This document shows positions 19,597-31,325 of a DNA stretch of 64,000 bases, piece by piece (the first letter of the stretch is position 1; every line of letters begins with the position of its first letter). The translations under genes and the position numbers were made by a program. The notes beneath the pieces were generated by a model that saw nothing but the letters and a program-made list of their open reading frames with translations, was not told the DNA's origin and did no database searches. Origin of the DNA: Rhabdothermincola salaria (lineage in GTDB: Bacteria; Actinomycetota; Acidimicrobiia; Acidimicrobiales; Acidimicrobilacustridaceae); the NCBI RefSeq assembly GCF_021246445.1, contig NZ_JAJQXW010000002.1:744001-808000 (forward strand), given 5' to 3'.

Positions 19597-20466
19597 TTGC
19601 AGTTCAACCTGTTCCTGCCCCAGATGCGCATGTCCTTCGACCAGCTGGTCGAGCGGGCCCGGGCGGCCGAGGCCGCCGGCTTCGTCGGCATCACCGGCAT
19701 GGACCACCTCGCCCCTCCGATGGCCGACGACCAGCCGATGTACGAGGCCATGGTCACCACGACCTGGCTGGCCGCCCACACCGAACGGTTGGCGGTCGGC
19801 TCGCTGGTGCTGTGCGACGCCTTCCGACACCCCGCCGTGCTGGCCCGCCAGGCCGTGTCCATCGACCACGCGTCGGGGGGCCGCTTCGAGCTGGGCATCG
19901 GCTGGGGTTCGGTGCCCACCGAGCTGGAGACCTTCGGGGTCGGGTCCAGCCGGCCGCGTGAGCGGGTCGAGCGCCTGCGCGAGACGCTCGAGGTGGTGCG
20001 GGCCCTGTGGGCCGGTGAGAGCGTCACCTACGACGGTGAGTTCCACCACCTCGACGCGGCCGTGCAACAGCCGACGCCGCAGGGTCGGATCCCGATCGTG
20101 ATCGGCGGGGCCGGGCCCAAGACGCTGGCGCTGGTCCGAGAGCACGCCGACTGGTGGAACCTCCACGTCGGGCTGTTGGACAAGGTCCACGAGCTGCGCG
20201 ACCAGGTGGGCGACGCCCGGGTGTCGATCCAGCAGATGGTGGCCTACGTGCCCGACGAGGCCAGCCGCGAGGAGGTCACCGAGGCGGCCCGACGCCGGTT
20301 CGGGCGCTCCAGCCCCGTCATCGGGACCGGTCCCGAGCTGGTGGAGCACTTCGGCCGCCTGGCCGACGACGGCATCGAGCGGGTCTACCCGTGGTTCTGC
20401 GACTTCGCCCCGGCCCGCACCCTCGCCGCGTTCGGCGACGAGGTCATCGCCCAGCTCGGCGACTGA
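19597..20466 (+). CDS. LLM class flavin/F420-dependent oxidoreductase
   Basis: MDHL, FRHPAVLA, DHASGGRFELGIGWG, PIVIGG; TTG start. Confidence 0.88.
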   Translation: MQFNLFLPQMRMSFDQLVERARAAEAAGFVGITGMDHLAPPMADDQPMYEAMVTTTWLAAHTERLAVGSLVLCDAFRHPAVLARQAVSIDHASGGRFELGIGWGSVPTELETFGVGSSRPRERVERLRETLEVVRALWAGESVTYDGEFHHLDAAVQQPTPQGRIPIVIGGAGPKTLALVREHADWWNLHVGLLDKVHELRDQVGDARVSIQQMVAYVPDEASREEVTEAARRRFGRSSPVIGTGPELVEHFGRLADDGIERVYPWFCDFAPARTLAAFGDEVIAQLGD

Positions 20467-20497
20467 GGCCGCCTCGGGCGGGTGCTCGGATCGGCGT

Positions 20498-21424
20498 TCA
20501 GCCCGTCGGGCTCGCGCCGGTTCGCCGCCCGTACGCCGGCACCGACGCCAGCGGCGGACGCTCCCGGTAGGAGATCTCCACGGCCTCGAGCTCGGGCGGC
20601 GTGAGCAGGGCCCGGTCGGGGGCCAGGCCGGGGGCGGCGCGCCGGAGCGCCGCCTGCAGCACCTGGGCGGCCATCGGCGACAGCTCGTGCAGTGGTCGGT
20701 TGCGGTGGACGCGCTGGCCGAGGTCGACCTGCGCCAGCCGGTGCACCCCGAAGCGCTCGGCGATGTCGATGAGCAGCGCGATGTCCACGCCGTAGCCCTC
20801 GACGAAGGGCAGCTGCTCGAGGACCTCTCGGCGACCTCCGTACTCCCCCGAGAGGGGCTGCACGACGCCCGCGAGGTCCGGGAACAACAAGGTGAGCACC
20901 GGTCGGGCCACCAGCTCGGTGACGCGGCCTCCGCCGCGCACCTGCCCGTCGACGGGGCGCTCGTAGAAGCCCTTCACGAAGGCCAGTTCGGGATCGGTGA
21001 GCAGCGGGCCGAGCAGGCCGGTCACGAACCGGGGGCTGAAGTCCTGCACGTCGGCGTCGCACCACACCACCACGTCGCCGGTGGAGGCGAACAGCGACTT
21101 CCAGAGCGCCTCGCCCTTGCCGTGGCCCCGACCGTGGTCGGCGAGCACCTCCTCGGCGGCCACCACCCGGGCGCCGGCGCCCGTGGCCTCGGAGGCGGTG
21201 CGATCGCTCGAGTGGTCGTCGACGACGACGATCTCGTCGACCAGGCCGAGGTCGTCGACCAGCTCGCGATGGATGGTGGCCACGATGGCGCCGACGGTGG
21301 TCTCCTCGTTGCGAGCCGGGATGCACACCGAGACGGTCGTGTCGCCCTTGGCGGCCAGGAGGTCCTCGACGCGGAACTCGGCGGCGTCGTGGGTGCGGAG
21401 CCGGGGGGCGGTCACGGGGGACAT
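20498..21424 (-). CDS. gpgS: Glucosyl-3-phosphoglycerate synthase
   Basis: IPARNEE, GKGEALW, DAD, VKGFYERP, GGRVTELVARP, QPLSGEY, GYGVD, RVHRNR. Confidence 0.92.
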   Translation of the reverse strand: MSPVTAPRLRTHDAAEFRVEDLLAAKGDTTVSVCIPARNEETTVGAIVATIHRELVDDLGLVDEIVVVDDHSSDRTASEATGAGARVVAAEEVLADHGRGHGKGEALWKSLFASTGDVVVWCDADVQDFSPRFVTGLLGPLLTDPELAFVKGFYERPVDGQVRGGGRVTELVARPVLTLLFPDLAGVVQPLSGEYGGRREVLEQLPFVEGYGVDIALLIDIAERFGVHRLAQVDLGQRVHRNRPLHELSPMAAQVLQAALRRAAPGLAPDRALLTPPELEAVEISYRERPPLASVPAYGRRTGASPTG

Positions 21425-21520
21425 GATCCCACGCCCGGTAGCATCGTCGTCCGGTCCCGCAGGGCACGTCTGCCCCGCCGGGTGACCGAGCGTCGATCAC
21501 CAGTGAGAAGGAAGCCACCC

Positions 21521-21796
21521 ATGAGCGTCACCGTCCGCGTGCCCCCCGTCTTTCGCACCATGACCGGCGGGCAGACCCAGGTCCCGGTCGAGGGATCCAC
21601 GGTCCAGGAGGTCCTCACCAACCTCGACGCCGCCCACCAGGGCTTCTCGGCCAAGTTGCTCGACGACGAGGGCAACCTGGTGCGCTACGTCAACGTCTTC
21701 GTCGACGACGACGACGTCCGTTTCCTCGACGGTCTGTCCACGCCGGTGCCCGACGGCGCCACCGTCTCGATCATGCAGGCGGTCGCCGGAGGCTGA
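21521..21796 (+). CDS. MoaD/ThiS/CysO family sulfur carrier protein
   Basis: YVNVFVDDDDVRFLDGL, C-terminal AVAGG; RBS AAGGA. Confidence 0.92.
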   Translation: MSVTVRVPPVFRTMTGGQTQVPVEGSTVQEVLTNLDAAHQGFSAKLLDDEGNLVRYVNVFVDDDDVRFLDGLSTPVPDGATVSIMQAVAGG

Positions 21797-21835
21797 TCGA
21801 CGAGGTTGCGGTCTCGCCGATGGGGTGGTTTGCTG

Positions 21836-21862
21836 TTAGCAGTCTCCGACCGAGAGTGCTAA
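21836..21862. promoter_or_regulatory. CIRCE element (HrcA operator)
   Basis: TTAGCAGTC-N9-GAGTGCTAA, one mismatch to TTAGCACTC-N9-GAGTGCTAA, 24 bp before groEL. Confidence 0.92.
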
Positions 21863-23506
<1,644 letters not shown>

Positions 23507-23544
23507 TCCCCACGGCCCCGGCCTCGCCGGAGCCCATCGCTGGA

Positions 23545-23575
23545 GGAACGGGGCGCCCATCGGGCGCCCCGTTCC
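23545..23575 (+). terminator. Perfect 14-bp hairpin after groEL
   Basis: GGAACGGGGCGCCC-ATC-GGGCGCCCCGTTCC. Confidence 0.7.
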
Positions 23576-23772
23576 GCGTCCGGCGTCGTTCGGAGACGCC
23601 CGGCATCTGCGGCCGCGCCGCTGCCGGTGGGGCCCACCGGGGTGGTCGGGCACGGTGCGACCGTGGCCCGAGGCAGCGCCGGGCGCCCGGTTCCGGATAG
23701 GAAATACGATATACAGTCCCGGTCGAGTGACCTACCGCACACCAGCCGGGTGGGGCGGCGCGAGGGGGACCC

Positions 23773-25155
23773 ATGGGTTGGAAGCGTGTGGCGGCGGTCG
23801 TCGCCGTGCTGGGCCTGGCGGTCGGCGCCTGCGGCGGCGGCCGTGACGACGAGGCCGACGGTGGCGGTGACGACCCGACGACGGAGACCACCGCCGCGTC
23901 CGGCGAGTCCGGCCAGGGGATGTTCGGCGACCTCGCCTCCCCGTGCGGGCCCGGGGACGCCACCGGCGCCACGGACCAGGGCGTGACCGACACGGCGATC
24001 CAGATCGGCTACGGCGACGACGCCGGGTTCCAGAACTCACCCGGCCTCAACCGGGAGCTCTCCGACGCCGTGTCGGCGATGATCGACTGGTGCAACGAGC
24101 AGGGCGGCATCAACGGCCGCTCGATCGAGGGCACCTACTACGACGCCAAGATCACCGAGGTCAACAACGTGATGACCGAGGCCTGCGAGCGGGAGTTCTT
24201 CCTGGTGGGCCAGGGGTGGTCGTTGGACGCATCCCAGGAGAGCGTTCGTCGGGCCTGCGCCATGCCGTCGGTGCCCGGCTTCGCGGTGAGCCCCCAGTTC
24301 GCCAACGGACCGCTGAAGGTCGAGGCGTTCCCGGTGCCCGCCGACTTCACCGTCGGGGCGCCCGCCGCCCAGCTGGCCGAGCTCTACCCGGAGAAGGTCG
24401 ACAAGGCCGCCATCGTCTACGCCAACTACTCGGCCACCATCGACACACGCGACAAGGCCATCTCCGCCTATCCCGAGCTGGGGTGGACCTTCATCGGCTG
24501 CGACCAGGAGTACAACATCCAGGGTGAGGCCGACTGGAAGCCCTTCGCCCAGAAGCTGAAGGACTGCGGGGCGGAGATGGTGTACTTCGTCGGCAGCCCC
24601 AACCCGAACTTCCGCAACATGCTCGAGGCCGCCGACCAGCTCGACTACCGGCCCACGTGGTTGGTGGACACCAACTTCTACGACGAGGCCTTCCGCGACT
24701 GGAACACGTCGGGCTTCGGCGACGACGTCTACATGCGCCTCTCCTACATCCCGTTCGAGGAGGCCGACCTCAACCCGGCCACCGCCCAGTACCTGGAGAT
24801 GATCGAAGCCGCGGGGGGTCGCACCAGCCTCCTCGGCATGCAGTCGACCTCCGCCTTCCTGCTCTGGGCCACCGCGGCCCAGGCCTGCGGATCCGAGCTC
24901 ACCCGCCAATGTGTCTTCGAGGAGCTGTCCGGTGTCACCGAGTGGACCGGCGGCGGGCTCCACGCCTCGGGCAACCCCGCCGAGAACCTCCCGACCGATT
25001 GCGGCATCCTCGTGAAGCTCGAGGGCACCACCTTCGTCCGGGCGGCTCCGTCGGAGGAGGGCGCCTACGAGTGCGACCCGTCGTTCGCCTCGGCGGTGGA
25101 CGGTCCTGTCGTCGAACGGGCCAACCTCGACGCCGACCGGATCTCCCAGCTCTGA
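23773..25155 (+). CDS. ABC-type substrate-binding lipoprotein (LivJ-like / Peripla_BP_6)
   Basis: Lipobox VGAC; GVTDTAIQIG, NEQGGINGR motifs; no adjacent permease. Confidence 0.82.
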   Translation: MGWKRVAAVVAVLGLAVGACGGGRDDEADGGGDDPTTETTAASGESGQGMFGDLASPCGPGDATGATDQGVTDTAIQIGYGDDAGFQNSPGLNRELSDAVSAMIDWCNEQGGINGRSIEGTYYDAKITEVNNVMTEACEREFFLVGQGWSLDASQESVRRACAMPSVPGFAVSPQFANGPLKVEAFPVPADFTVGAPAAQLAELYPEKVDKAAIVYANYSATIDTRDKAISAYPELGWTFIGCDQEYNIQGEADWKPFAQKLKDCGAEMVYFVGSPNPNFRNMLEAADQLDYRPTWLVDTNFYDEAFRDWNTSGFGDDVYMRLSYIPFEEADLNPATAQYLEMIEAAGGRTSLLGMQSTSAFLLWATAAQACGSELTRQCVFEELSGVTEWTGGGLHASGNPAENLPTDCGILVKLEGTTFVRAAPSEEGAYECDPSFASAVDGPVVERANLDADRISQL

Positions 25156-25274
25156 GCGCCTGACTGGGGCCAGCCCGGCACCGCGAGCGCGGCCGTAGGG
25201 GGTCGTCGAGGCCGTGATCGGGGCCGCGCCCATGTCTTCTCCCCGGCACCGTGACCGGCCCCGGCCTGGGTCCC

Positions 25275-25769
25275 CTAGGCCGGGGGCCGGGCGAGTCGTG
25301 AGGCGAGGTGGTGGGTGAGGGGGCGACCCACGGCGGCCATGGCCAGGCGGCCGACCAGTACGCCGTCCTGCAGGCGCAGCTCGCGCTCGACCTCGACGAC
25401 CTCCTTGGCCGTGGGGGTGAGGGCGACCACCGTCGAGTGCAGGCGCAGGGCGTCGTCGACCACCGTGCCCACCAGGACCTCGACGATGCCGGTGGGCTGG
25501 CTCACCACCATCTCCACCCCCGCACCCGGCTGGCCGACGGCCGCCTCGGTGACGCGGAGGTAGCCGGTCTCCACGTGCATCGGTGCGCCGGTGGCCGGGT
25601 CCCAGGAGCGTTGGGCGTAGCTCAGGAAGGGCTTGCCGGCGTGACCGAAGGTGAGGTGCTCGCCGTAGGAGAAGTCGTCGATGGTCGGGTAGCGGCCCTC
25701 ACCGAGGCCTTCCCACTCGCCGAGCAGGAAGGCGATCGGGGCGAGCGACGGGTGCAGGGGCGGGGCCAT
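25275..25769 (-). CDS. Nitrobindin / FABP-like beta-barrel (DUF1794)
   Basis: LLGEWEG.GEG.YPTI, GKPFLSY, PMHVETGYLR, C-terminal HL. Confidence 0.85.
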   Translation of the reverse strand: MAPPLHPSLAPIAFLLGEWEGLGEGRYPTIDDFSYGEHLTFGHAGKPFLSYAQRSWDPATGAPMHVETGYLRVTEAAVGQPGAGVEMVVSQPTGIVEVLVGTVVDDALRLHSTVVALTPTAKEVVEVERELRLQDGVLVGRLAMAAVGRPLTHHLASRLARPPA

Positions 25770-25827
25770 CGCGGGGACAGTAGGCGGAGTCGCTCGGTCG
25801 GGGCGGCGGCAGCGGGAGGTCGCCGCC

Positions 25828-27972
25828 TCAGGTGGCCATCACCTGGAGCTGCTCGTAGAGCTTGGCCGCCACCCAGGAGGCGCCCTCCTCGGAGTAGTGG
25901 GCGCCGTCACGGGGGCGGGGGGCGAGACCCTCGACCTGCTCGGGGCACGGATGCCCGGTGGGGCACACGATGCTGGCCAGGTCGAGCACGCGGGTGTCGA
26001 TGGGGTGGGCGGCTGCGTAGCGCTCGTAGAGCTCGTTGATGTGGGCCATGCGCTCGGCGTTGAGGTCGTCAGGGGGCCCGATCATCTGCGACCAGGCGTT
26101 GGGCGGTTGTTGCACCAGCACCAGCAGCGAGTCGGTGCCCTGCAGGATGCGCTGCTTGGCCTCGTCGATGAGGCGCAGGATCACGTCGTCCGCCTCGGGG
26201 GTCCCGAACTCGTAGAAGGTCCCGTCGACCAGCCGGTCAGATGTCTCCCAGCTCGACATCCACAGGACCGTCGAGGCCTGCTTGGAGGCGGCCAGGCCGC
26301 TCTGCAACCGGATGGTCTCGGTCTCGCAGGGCTGAGCCCACGGGAAGGGCTCCTGGCCGGGACCGGGGGTGGCCAACCCGGTGATCTGGCTGCAACCCGG
26401 CAGGGTGGAGGCGGTGAAGCTCTGGCCGCTGTTGGTGGCGAACTGGGCCATGCCCGGGGCCACCGACGCGGCGATGGAGTCCCCGATCATCAGCACCCGG
26501 CCGATGTCGCGAGGCGGCAGCGTGGTGGTCGACGGCACGGCGTCGGTGGACTCGGTGGACTCCGGGGGCGTGGTCGTCGGTGGGGCGGTGGTGGGGATCG
26601 GCACGTCGGACTCGAAGGTCAGGACCTCTTCGGGGTTGGCCACGAGGAAGTCAGGTGGTGGCTCGGCGTCGCGGGTGCTCACCACGATGACCGAGGCCGC
26701 CAGAGCGAAGCCCACCGGCGCCGCCGCCCAGCCCTTCCATCCGTGCAGCCATCGTCCGTGCCGAATCGGTTGTTCGAGCAAGTAGTAGGACGCGACGGTG
26801 GCCCCGACGGTGACACCGAGGCGAAGGAGGAACAGCGAGAACCCCTCGAGGCGCGTGCTGCCCTCGTTGAGGAAGACCAGCACCGGCCAGTGCCACAGGT
26901 ACAGGCCGTAGGAGACGGCGCCCACCCACCGCAGCGGGCGCCACGACAGCACGGCGGCGAGGGGCGAGGGGCCGGGCGCGTTGATGGCCACGATGACGGC
27001 CACCACGGCCAGCTCGAAGACCACGAAGCCCCACGGGTAGAGCCACGCCGACCGGTCGCCGGCGGTGGCGAACAGCACCCCCATGACGGCCGCGCCCACG
27101 ACGCCGATGCCGAGCGGTCCGTAGCGGGACACCACACCGGGAGGGGCATGGCGGGCACGGAGGCGGCCGAGGGGGTACCGCGCCAGGGCGACGGCCAACA
27201 ACGCGCCGATCAACAGGCCGTGGGCCCGGCTGTCGGTGCCGTAGTAGGCCCGGGAGGGATCGCCCTCGTCGAAGTAGGCGGCCATGGCCCAGATGGAAGC
27301 GACCGTGCCGACCACGCTGAGCCCCACCAACCAGCGGGTGCTGCCCCGCCCGAGGCGCACCAGCCCGATGAAGATGAGGGGCCACACCAGGTAGAACTGC
27401 TCCTCGATGGCCAGCGACCAGGCGTGGCGCAGGGGCGAGGCGGCGCTCACCAGGTCGAAGTAGGACTGCTCGGTGAAGATGAAGTGCCAGTTGGCGCCGT
27501 AGAAGAGCGTCCACAGCGAGTCCGACCGCACCGACCCGAGCCGGTCGGCCGGCCAGGCGATCGCCGCCCAGATGGCCACCACGGCGAGCACGAGGAACAG
27601 GGCGGGCAGGAGGCGCCGGGCCCGCCGGACCCAGAACGCCCCCAGGTCCGTGGTGCCCGACCGCCCCCACTCCACGAGCAGCAGCGAGGTGATGAGGTAG
27701 CCGGAGAGGACGAAGAACGTGTCGACGCCCAGGAAGCCGCCGGGGAGCCAGCCGGCGCCGAAGTGGTAGGCGAGCACGGTGAGCACGGCGACGGCCCGCA
27801 GCCCGTCGAGCGCCGGGATGTGCCCGAAGCGGGTCGGGAGACCGGCCGTCCCCCGCTCGGCCGGCTCGGATCCGTCGACGGGCTGGGTGGTCACCGGGAG
27901 CGGCAAGGGGTCGCCGAGGACCGGGTACTCCCGATCGGGGGGCGAGCTCTCGTGCTCGTTGTCGATGCCCAT
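25828..27972 (-). CDS. Acyltransferase-3 / SGNH fusion (OatA-like O-acyltransferase)
   Basis: LDGLRAVAV, GGFLGVDTFFVLSGYLI, HAWSLAIEEQFY, SYGLYLWHWP; SGNH GDS and DGAH. Confidence 0.92.
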   Translation of the reverse strand: MGIDNEHESSPPDREYPVLGDPLPLPVTTQPVDGSEPAERGTAGLPTRFGHIPALDGLRAVAVLTVLAYHFGAGWLPGGFLGVDTFFVLSGYLITSLLLVEWGRSGTTDLGAFWVRRARRLLPALFLVLAVVAIWAAIAWPADRLGSVRSDSLWTLFYGANWHFIFTEQSYFDLVSAASPLRHAWSLAIEEQFYLVWPLIFIGLVRLGRGSTRWLVGLSVVGTVASIWAMAAYFDEGDPSRAYYGTDSRAHGLLIGALLAVALARYPLGRLRARHAPPGVVSRYGPLGIGVVGAAVMGVLFATAGDRSAWLYPWGFVVFELAVVAVIVAINAPGPSPLAAVLSWRPLRWVGAVSYGLYLWHWPVLVFLNEGSTRLEGFSLFLLRLGVTVGATVASYYLLEQPIRHGRWLHGWKGWAAAPVGFALAASVIVVSTRDAEPPPDFLVANPEEVLTFESDVPIPTTAPPTTTPPESTESTDAVPSTTTLPPRDIGRVLMIGDSIAASVAPGMAQFATNSGQSFTASTLPGCSQITGLATPGPGQEPFPWAQPCETETIRLQSGLAASKQASTVLWMSSWETSDRLVDGTFYEFGTPEADDVILRLIDEAKQRILQGTDSLLVLVQQPPNAWSQMIGPPDDLNAERMAHINELYERYAAAHPIDTRVLDLASIVCPTGHPCPEQVEGLAPRPRDGAHYSEEGASWVAAKLYEQLQVMAT

Positions 27973-28137
27973 CGTCCGTGCGTCCTTGTCGGCCGGCTCC
28001 GTTGCCGGCGTCGCGCCCCAGAGGGCTCAGTGTACGGCCGTGACGTCCGGCACCCGTAGTCGCCCGACCGCGACGAGCGTTCCCCGGCGACCGGCTGCTC
28101 CGGGGGAGCGATGGCCCTGGTCGGTAGCGTGGGGGCC

Positions 28138-28959
28138 ATGTCCCGAGGCCGCAGCGAGACCGTGCTCACCCGACGGTTCGACGGCCGCTCGCTGCGCCGT
28201 GCACCCGACGAGGTCGTGGTCGAGGAGCCCCTCTCGATCCACCTCGACGGCACCCTGGTGGCCACCACGATGCGCACGCCGGGCCACGACTTCGAGCTGG
28301 CGGTGGGGTTCTGCTTCACCGAAGGGCTGCTCGGCGGCGCGGAGGTGCGCACCTGCCGCTACTGCGCCACCGGCTCGGCCGTCGAGACGGCGTTCAACGT
28401 GGTCTCGGTGGACACCGGCGGTCTGGCCCCGCCCCCCACCCCCCGGTTGGGACCGGCCACGTCGTCGTGCGGCCTGTGCGGTTCCCAGACGCTCGACGAG
28501 CTCACCGACCGGCTGGCCCCGCTGCCCCCGGTCCACGGGCCGGCGTTCGAGGTGCTGCTGGCCGCTCCTGATCTCCTCCGCGACGCGCAGGGCCTGTTCG
28601 ACGCCACCGGGTCGGTGCACGCCGCTGCCGCGTTCACCGCCGAGGCCGACCTGGTGGAGGTGCGCGAGGACATCGGGCGACACAACGCCGTCGACAAGGT
28701 GGTGGGGCGGTTGCTCCTCGACGACCACCTCCCGGCCACCGGCATGGGTCTGGTGGTCAGCGGGCGGGCGTCCTTCGAGCTGGTGGCCAAGGCCTGGGCC
28801 GCCGGGTTCGCGTCGATGGTGGCGGTGAGCGGGCCCTCCGCGCTCGCCGTGGACACCGCTCGGAGGGCCGGATTGGTCCTCGTCGGCTTCGCCCGCGACG
28901 GTGGCGGCAACCTCTACGCCCCCGTCGAGGGCGGTCCCGTGCCCTCGACCGGCGTCTGA
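28138..28959 (+). CDS. fdhD: Formate dehydrogenase accessory sulfurtransferase
   Basis: EEPL, TMRTPGHD.ELAVGF, SSCGLCG, REDIGRHNAVDK, SGRASFELV.KA. Confidence 0.93.
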   Translation: MSRGRSETVLTRRFDGRSLRRAPDEVVVEEPLSIHLDGTLVATTMRTPGHDFELAVGFCFTEGLLGGAEVRTCRYCATGSAVETAFNVVSVDTGGLAPPPTPRLGPATSSCGLCGSQTLDELTDRLAPLPPVHGPAFEVLLAAPDLLRDAQGLFDATGSVHAAAAFTAEADLVEVREDIGRHNAVDKVVGRLLLDDHLPATGMGLVVSGRASFELVAKAWAAGFASMVAVSGPSALAVDTARRAGLVLVGFARDGGGNLYAPVEGGPVPSTGV

Positions 28960-28973
28960 TCAGGAGCTCCCCG

Positions 28974-31304
28974 GTGCCCGCCTCGTCCGACCGCCCCCGA
29001 CCCACCGACCGCCCCCGAGCGACGGACCGCCCCCGGCCGGCCGGTCGCGCCCGCCGCGTGGCGGCCCGACTCAGCGACCGCCTCCCGATCACCCCCGAGC
29101 TGTGGGTCGGTCCCCGGCCCAACGGCATCGGGGAGCAGAAGCCCAACCACTTCGGCGACATGGCCCGCATCGCCTGGCTCAACCGCAAGAGCGCCGGGTA
29201 CGCCTGGAAGCTGCTCACCCAGGGGGTGTGCGACGGCTGCGCCCTCGGTGTGGCCGGATTGCACGACTGGACCATCGACGGCGTGCACCTGTGCACCACC
29301 CGACTGCGGCTGCTCGAGGTCAACTGCGCCGATCCGCTCGATCCGTCGGTCCTGGCCGATGCCGAGGCCCTGCGGTCGCGCACCGGAGCCGAGCTGCGCG
29401 ACCTGGGTCGCCTCGGACACCCCATGCGCCGGCGACGGGGTGAGGCCGGGTTCCGGCCGATCACGTGGGACGAGGCCCTCGGCGCGCTGGCCGACGGCCT
29501 GCGCGCCGCCGGCCCCGAACGGTCGGCGCTGTTCCTCACCAGCCGGGGCCTCACCAACGAGAGCTACTACGTGGCCGGCAAGGCGGCGCGGGCGTTGGGC
29601 ATCGCCAACGTCGACTCCGCGGCGCGCGTCTGCCACGCCCCGTCGACCACCGCGCTCAAGGCCACCGTCGGGGTGGCGGCCACCACGTGCTCGTTGCAGG
29701 ACGTGATCGAGAGCGACCTGGTCGTCATCTGGGGGGCCAACCCGGCCAACAACCAGCCCGTGTTCATGAAGTACCTCTTCCTGGCCCGCAAGCGCGGGTG
29801 CCGGGTCGTGGTCGTGAACCCGTACCTCGAACCCGGCCTCGACCGCTACTGGGTGCCGTCCAACGCCGAGTCCGCCCTGTTCGGCACCCAGATGTGCGAC
29901 CTGCACGTGCCGGTGCGCCCCGGTGGCGACGTGGCCTTCGCCAACGCCGCCCTCAAGGTCCTGATCGAGCGCGACGCCGTCGACCGCGACTTCGTCGACG
30001 CCCACACCGAGGGGTGGGACGAGCTCGTCGCCGCCCTCGACGCCCAGCCCATGCACGACCTGTTGCTCGACGCCGGGCTCACCCTCGCCCAGGTCGAGGC
30101 CTTCGTCGACGAGTACCAGGCCGCGTCGTCGGCCATCTTGTTGTGGTCGATGGGCATCACCCAGCACCGCCGCGCCGAGAGCGGGGTGCAGGCCATCGTG
30201 AACCTGGGCCTGGCCCGGGGCAACGTGGGGCGCGACGGGGCCGGCCTCATGCCCCTGCGCGGCCACTCCGGTGTGCAGGGGGGCGCCGAGATGGGGGCCT
30301 ACGCCACCGCGCTGCCGGGTGGGGTGCTCCCCGACGACACCAGCGCGGCGGCGCTCTCCGCCCAGTGGGGCTTCCCCGTGCCCGCCCATGCCGGGCTGAC
30401 CGCCGCCGAGATGCCCGAGGCCGCCGAACGCGGCGAGCTCGACGTGCTGTGGATGTCGGGCGGGAACTTCCTCGACGTGCTCCCCGATCCCGTCCGGATC
30501 GAGGCCGCCCTGGCCACCGTGCCCCTGCGCGTCCACCAGGACATCGTCGTGAGCTCCCAGATGCTGGTGCCCGGCGACGACGTCATCCTCCTTCCCGTCG
30601 CCACCCGCTACGAGCAAGAGGGCGGGGGCACCGAGACCACGACCGAGCGGCGCATCGCCTTCTCGCCCGAGATCCCCCGCCAGGTCGGCCTGGCCCGCAG
30701 CGAGTGGCGCCTCTTCGGCGACGTCGCCCAACGGGTCGACCCCGAGCTCGCACCGTTCTTCGCCTGGCCCGACAACCGGGCCCTGCGCGCCGAGATCGCC
30801 GAGGTCGTGCCCGCCTACGCCGGCATCGAGCACCTCGAGCGGACGGGTGACGCCGTGCAGTGGGGCGGGCGCCACCTCTGCGCCGACGGCGTGTTCCCCA
30901 CGCCGTCGGGCCGCGGCCGCTTCACCCCTCTCTCCCCGCCCACCCACGACCTCGCCCCGGGCACCTTCACCGTGGCCACCCGGCGCGGCAAGCAGTTCAA
31001 CTCCATGGTCTTCGGCGAGATCGACCCCCTCACCGGCGCCGGACGCGACGCGGTGTACATCGACGACGCCGACGCCGCCGCCCTGGGCCTCGACGAGGGC
31101 GACCGGGTGCTGTTGCGCAACGAGGTCGGCGAGTACCTCGGTCGGGTCCACCTGGCCCGGCTGCCGGCGCGCACCCTCCAGGTCCACTGGCCCGAAGGCA
31201 ACGTGGTGATCGGGGCCGGCGCCGACCACCGCGACCCCGTCTCCCGCGTGCCCGACTACAACGCCGTGGTCACCGTCGAGCGGGCGCCCGACGACCCTCG
31301 CTGA
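28974..31304 (+). CDS. FdhF/YdeP family molybdopterin oxidoreductase
   Basis: CDGC, HLC, RVCHAPS (Cys Mo ligand), WSMGITQH, PLRGHSGVQG, TRRGKQFNS. Confidence 0.92.
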   Translation: MPASSDRPRPTDRPRATDRPRPAGRARRVAARLSDRLPITPELWVGPRPNGIGEQKPNHFGDMARIAWLNRKSAGYAWKLLTQGVCDGCALGVAGLHDWTIDGVHLCTTRLRLLEVNCADPLDPSVLADAEALRSRTGAELRDLGRLGHPMRRRRGEAGFRPITWDEALGALADGLRAAGPERSALFLTSRGLTNESYYVAGKAARALGIANVDSAARVCHAPSTTALKATVGVAATTCSLQDVIESDLVVIWGANPANNQPVFMKYLFLARKRGCRVVVVNPYLEPGLDRYWVPSNAESALFGTQMCDLHVPVRPGGDVAFANAALKVLIERDAVDRDFVDAHTEGWDELVAALDAQPMHDLLLDAGLTLAQVEAFVDEYQAASSAILLWSMGITQHRRAESGVQAIVNLGLARGNVGRDGAGLMPLRGHSGVQGGAEMGAYATALPGGVLPDDTSAAALSAQWGFPVPAHAGLTAAEMPEAAERGELDVLWMSGGNFLDVLPDPVRIEAALATVPLRVHQDIVVSSQMLVPGDDVILLPVATRYEQEGGGTETTTERRIAFSPEIPRQVGLARSEWRLFGDVAQRVDPELAPFFAWPDNRALRAEIAEVVPAYAGIEHLERTGDAVQWGGRHLCADGVFPTPSGRGRFTPLSPPTHDLAPGTFTVATRRGKQFNSMVFGEIDPLTGAGRDAVYIDDADAAALGLDEGDRVLLRNEVGEYLGRVHLARLPARTLQVHWPEGNVVIGAGADHRDPVSRVPDYNAVVTVERAPDDPR

Positions 31305-31325
31305 GCGCCCCGTAGAGTGGGGCGT

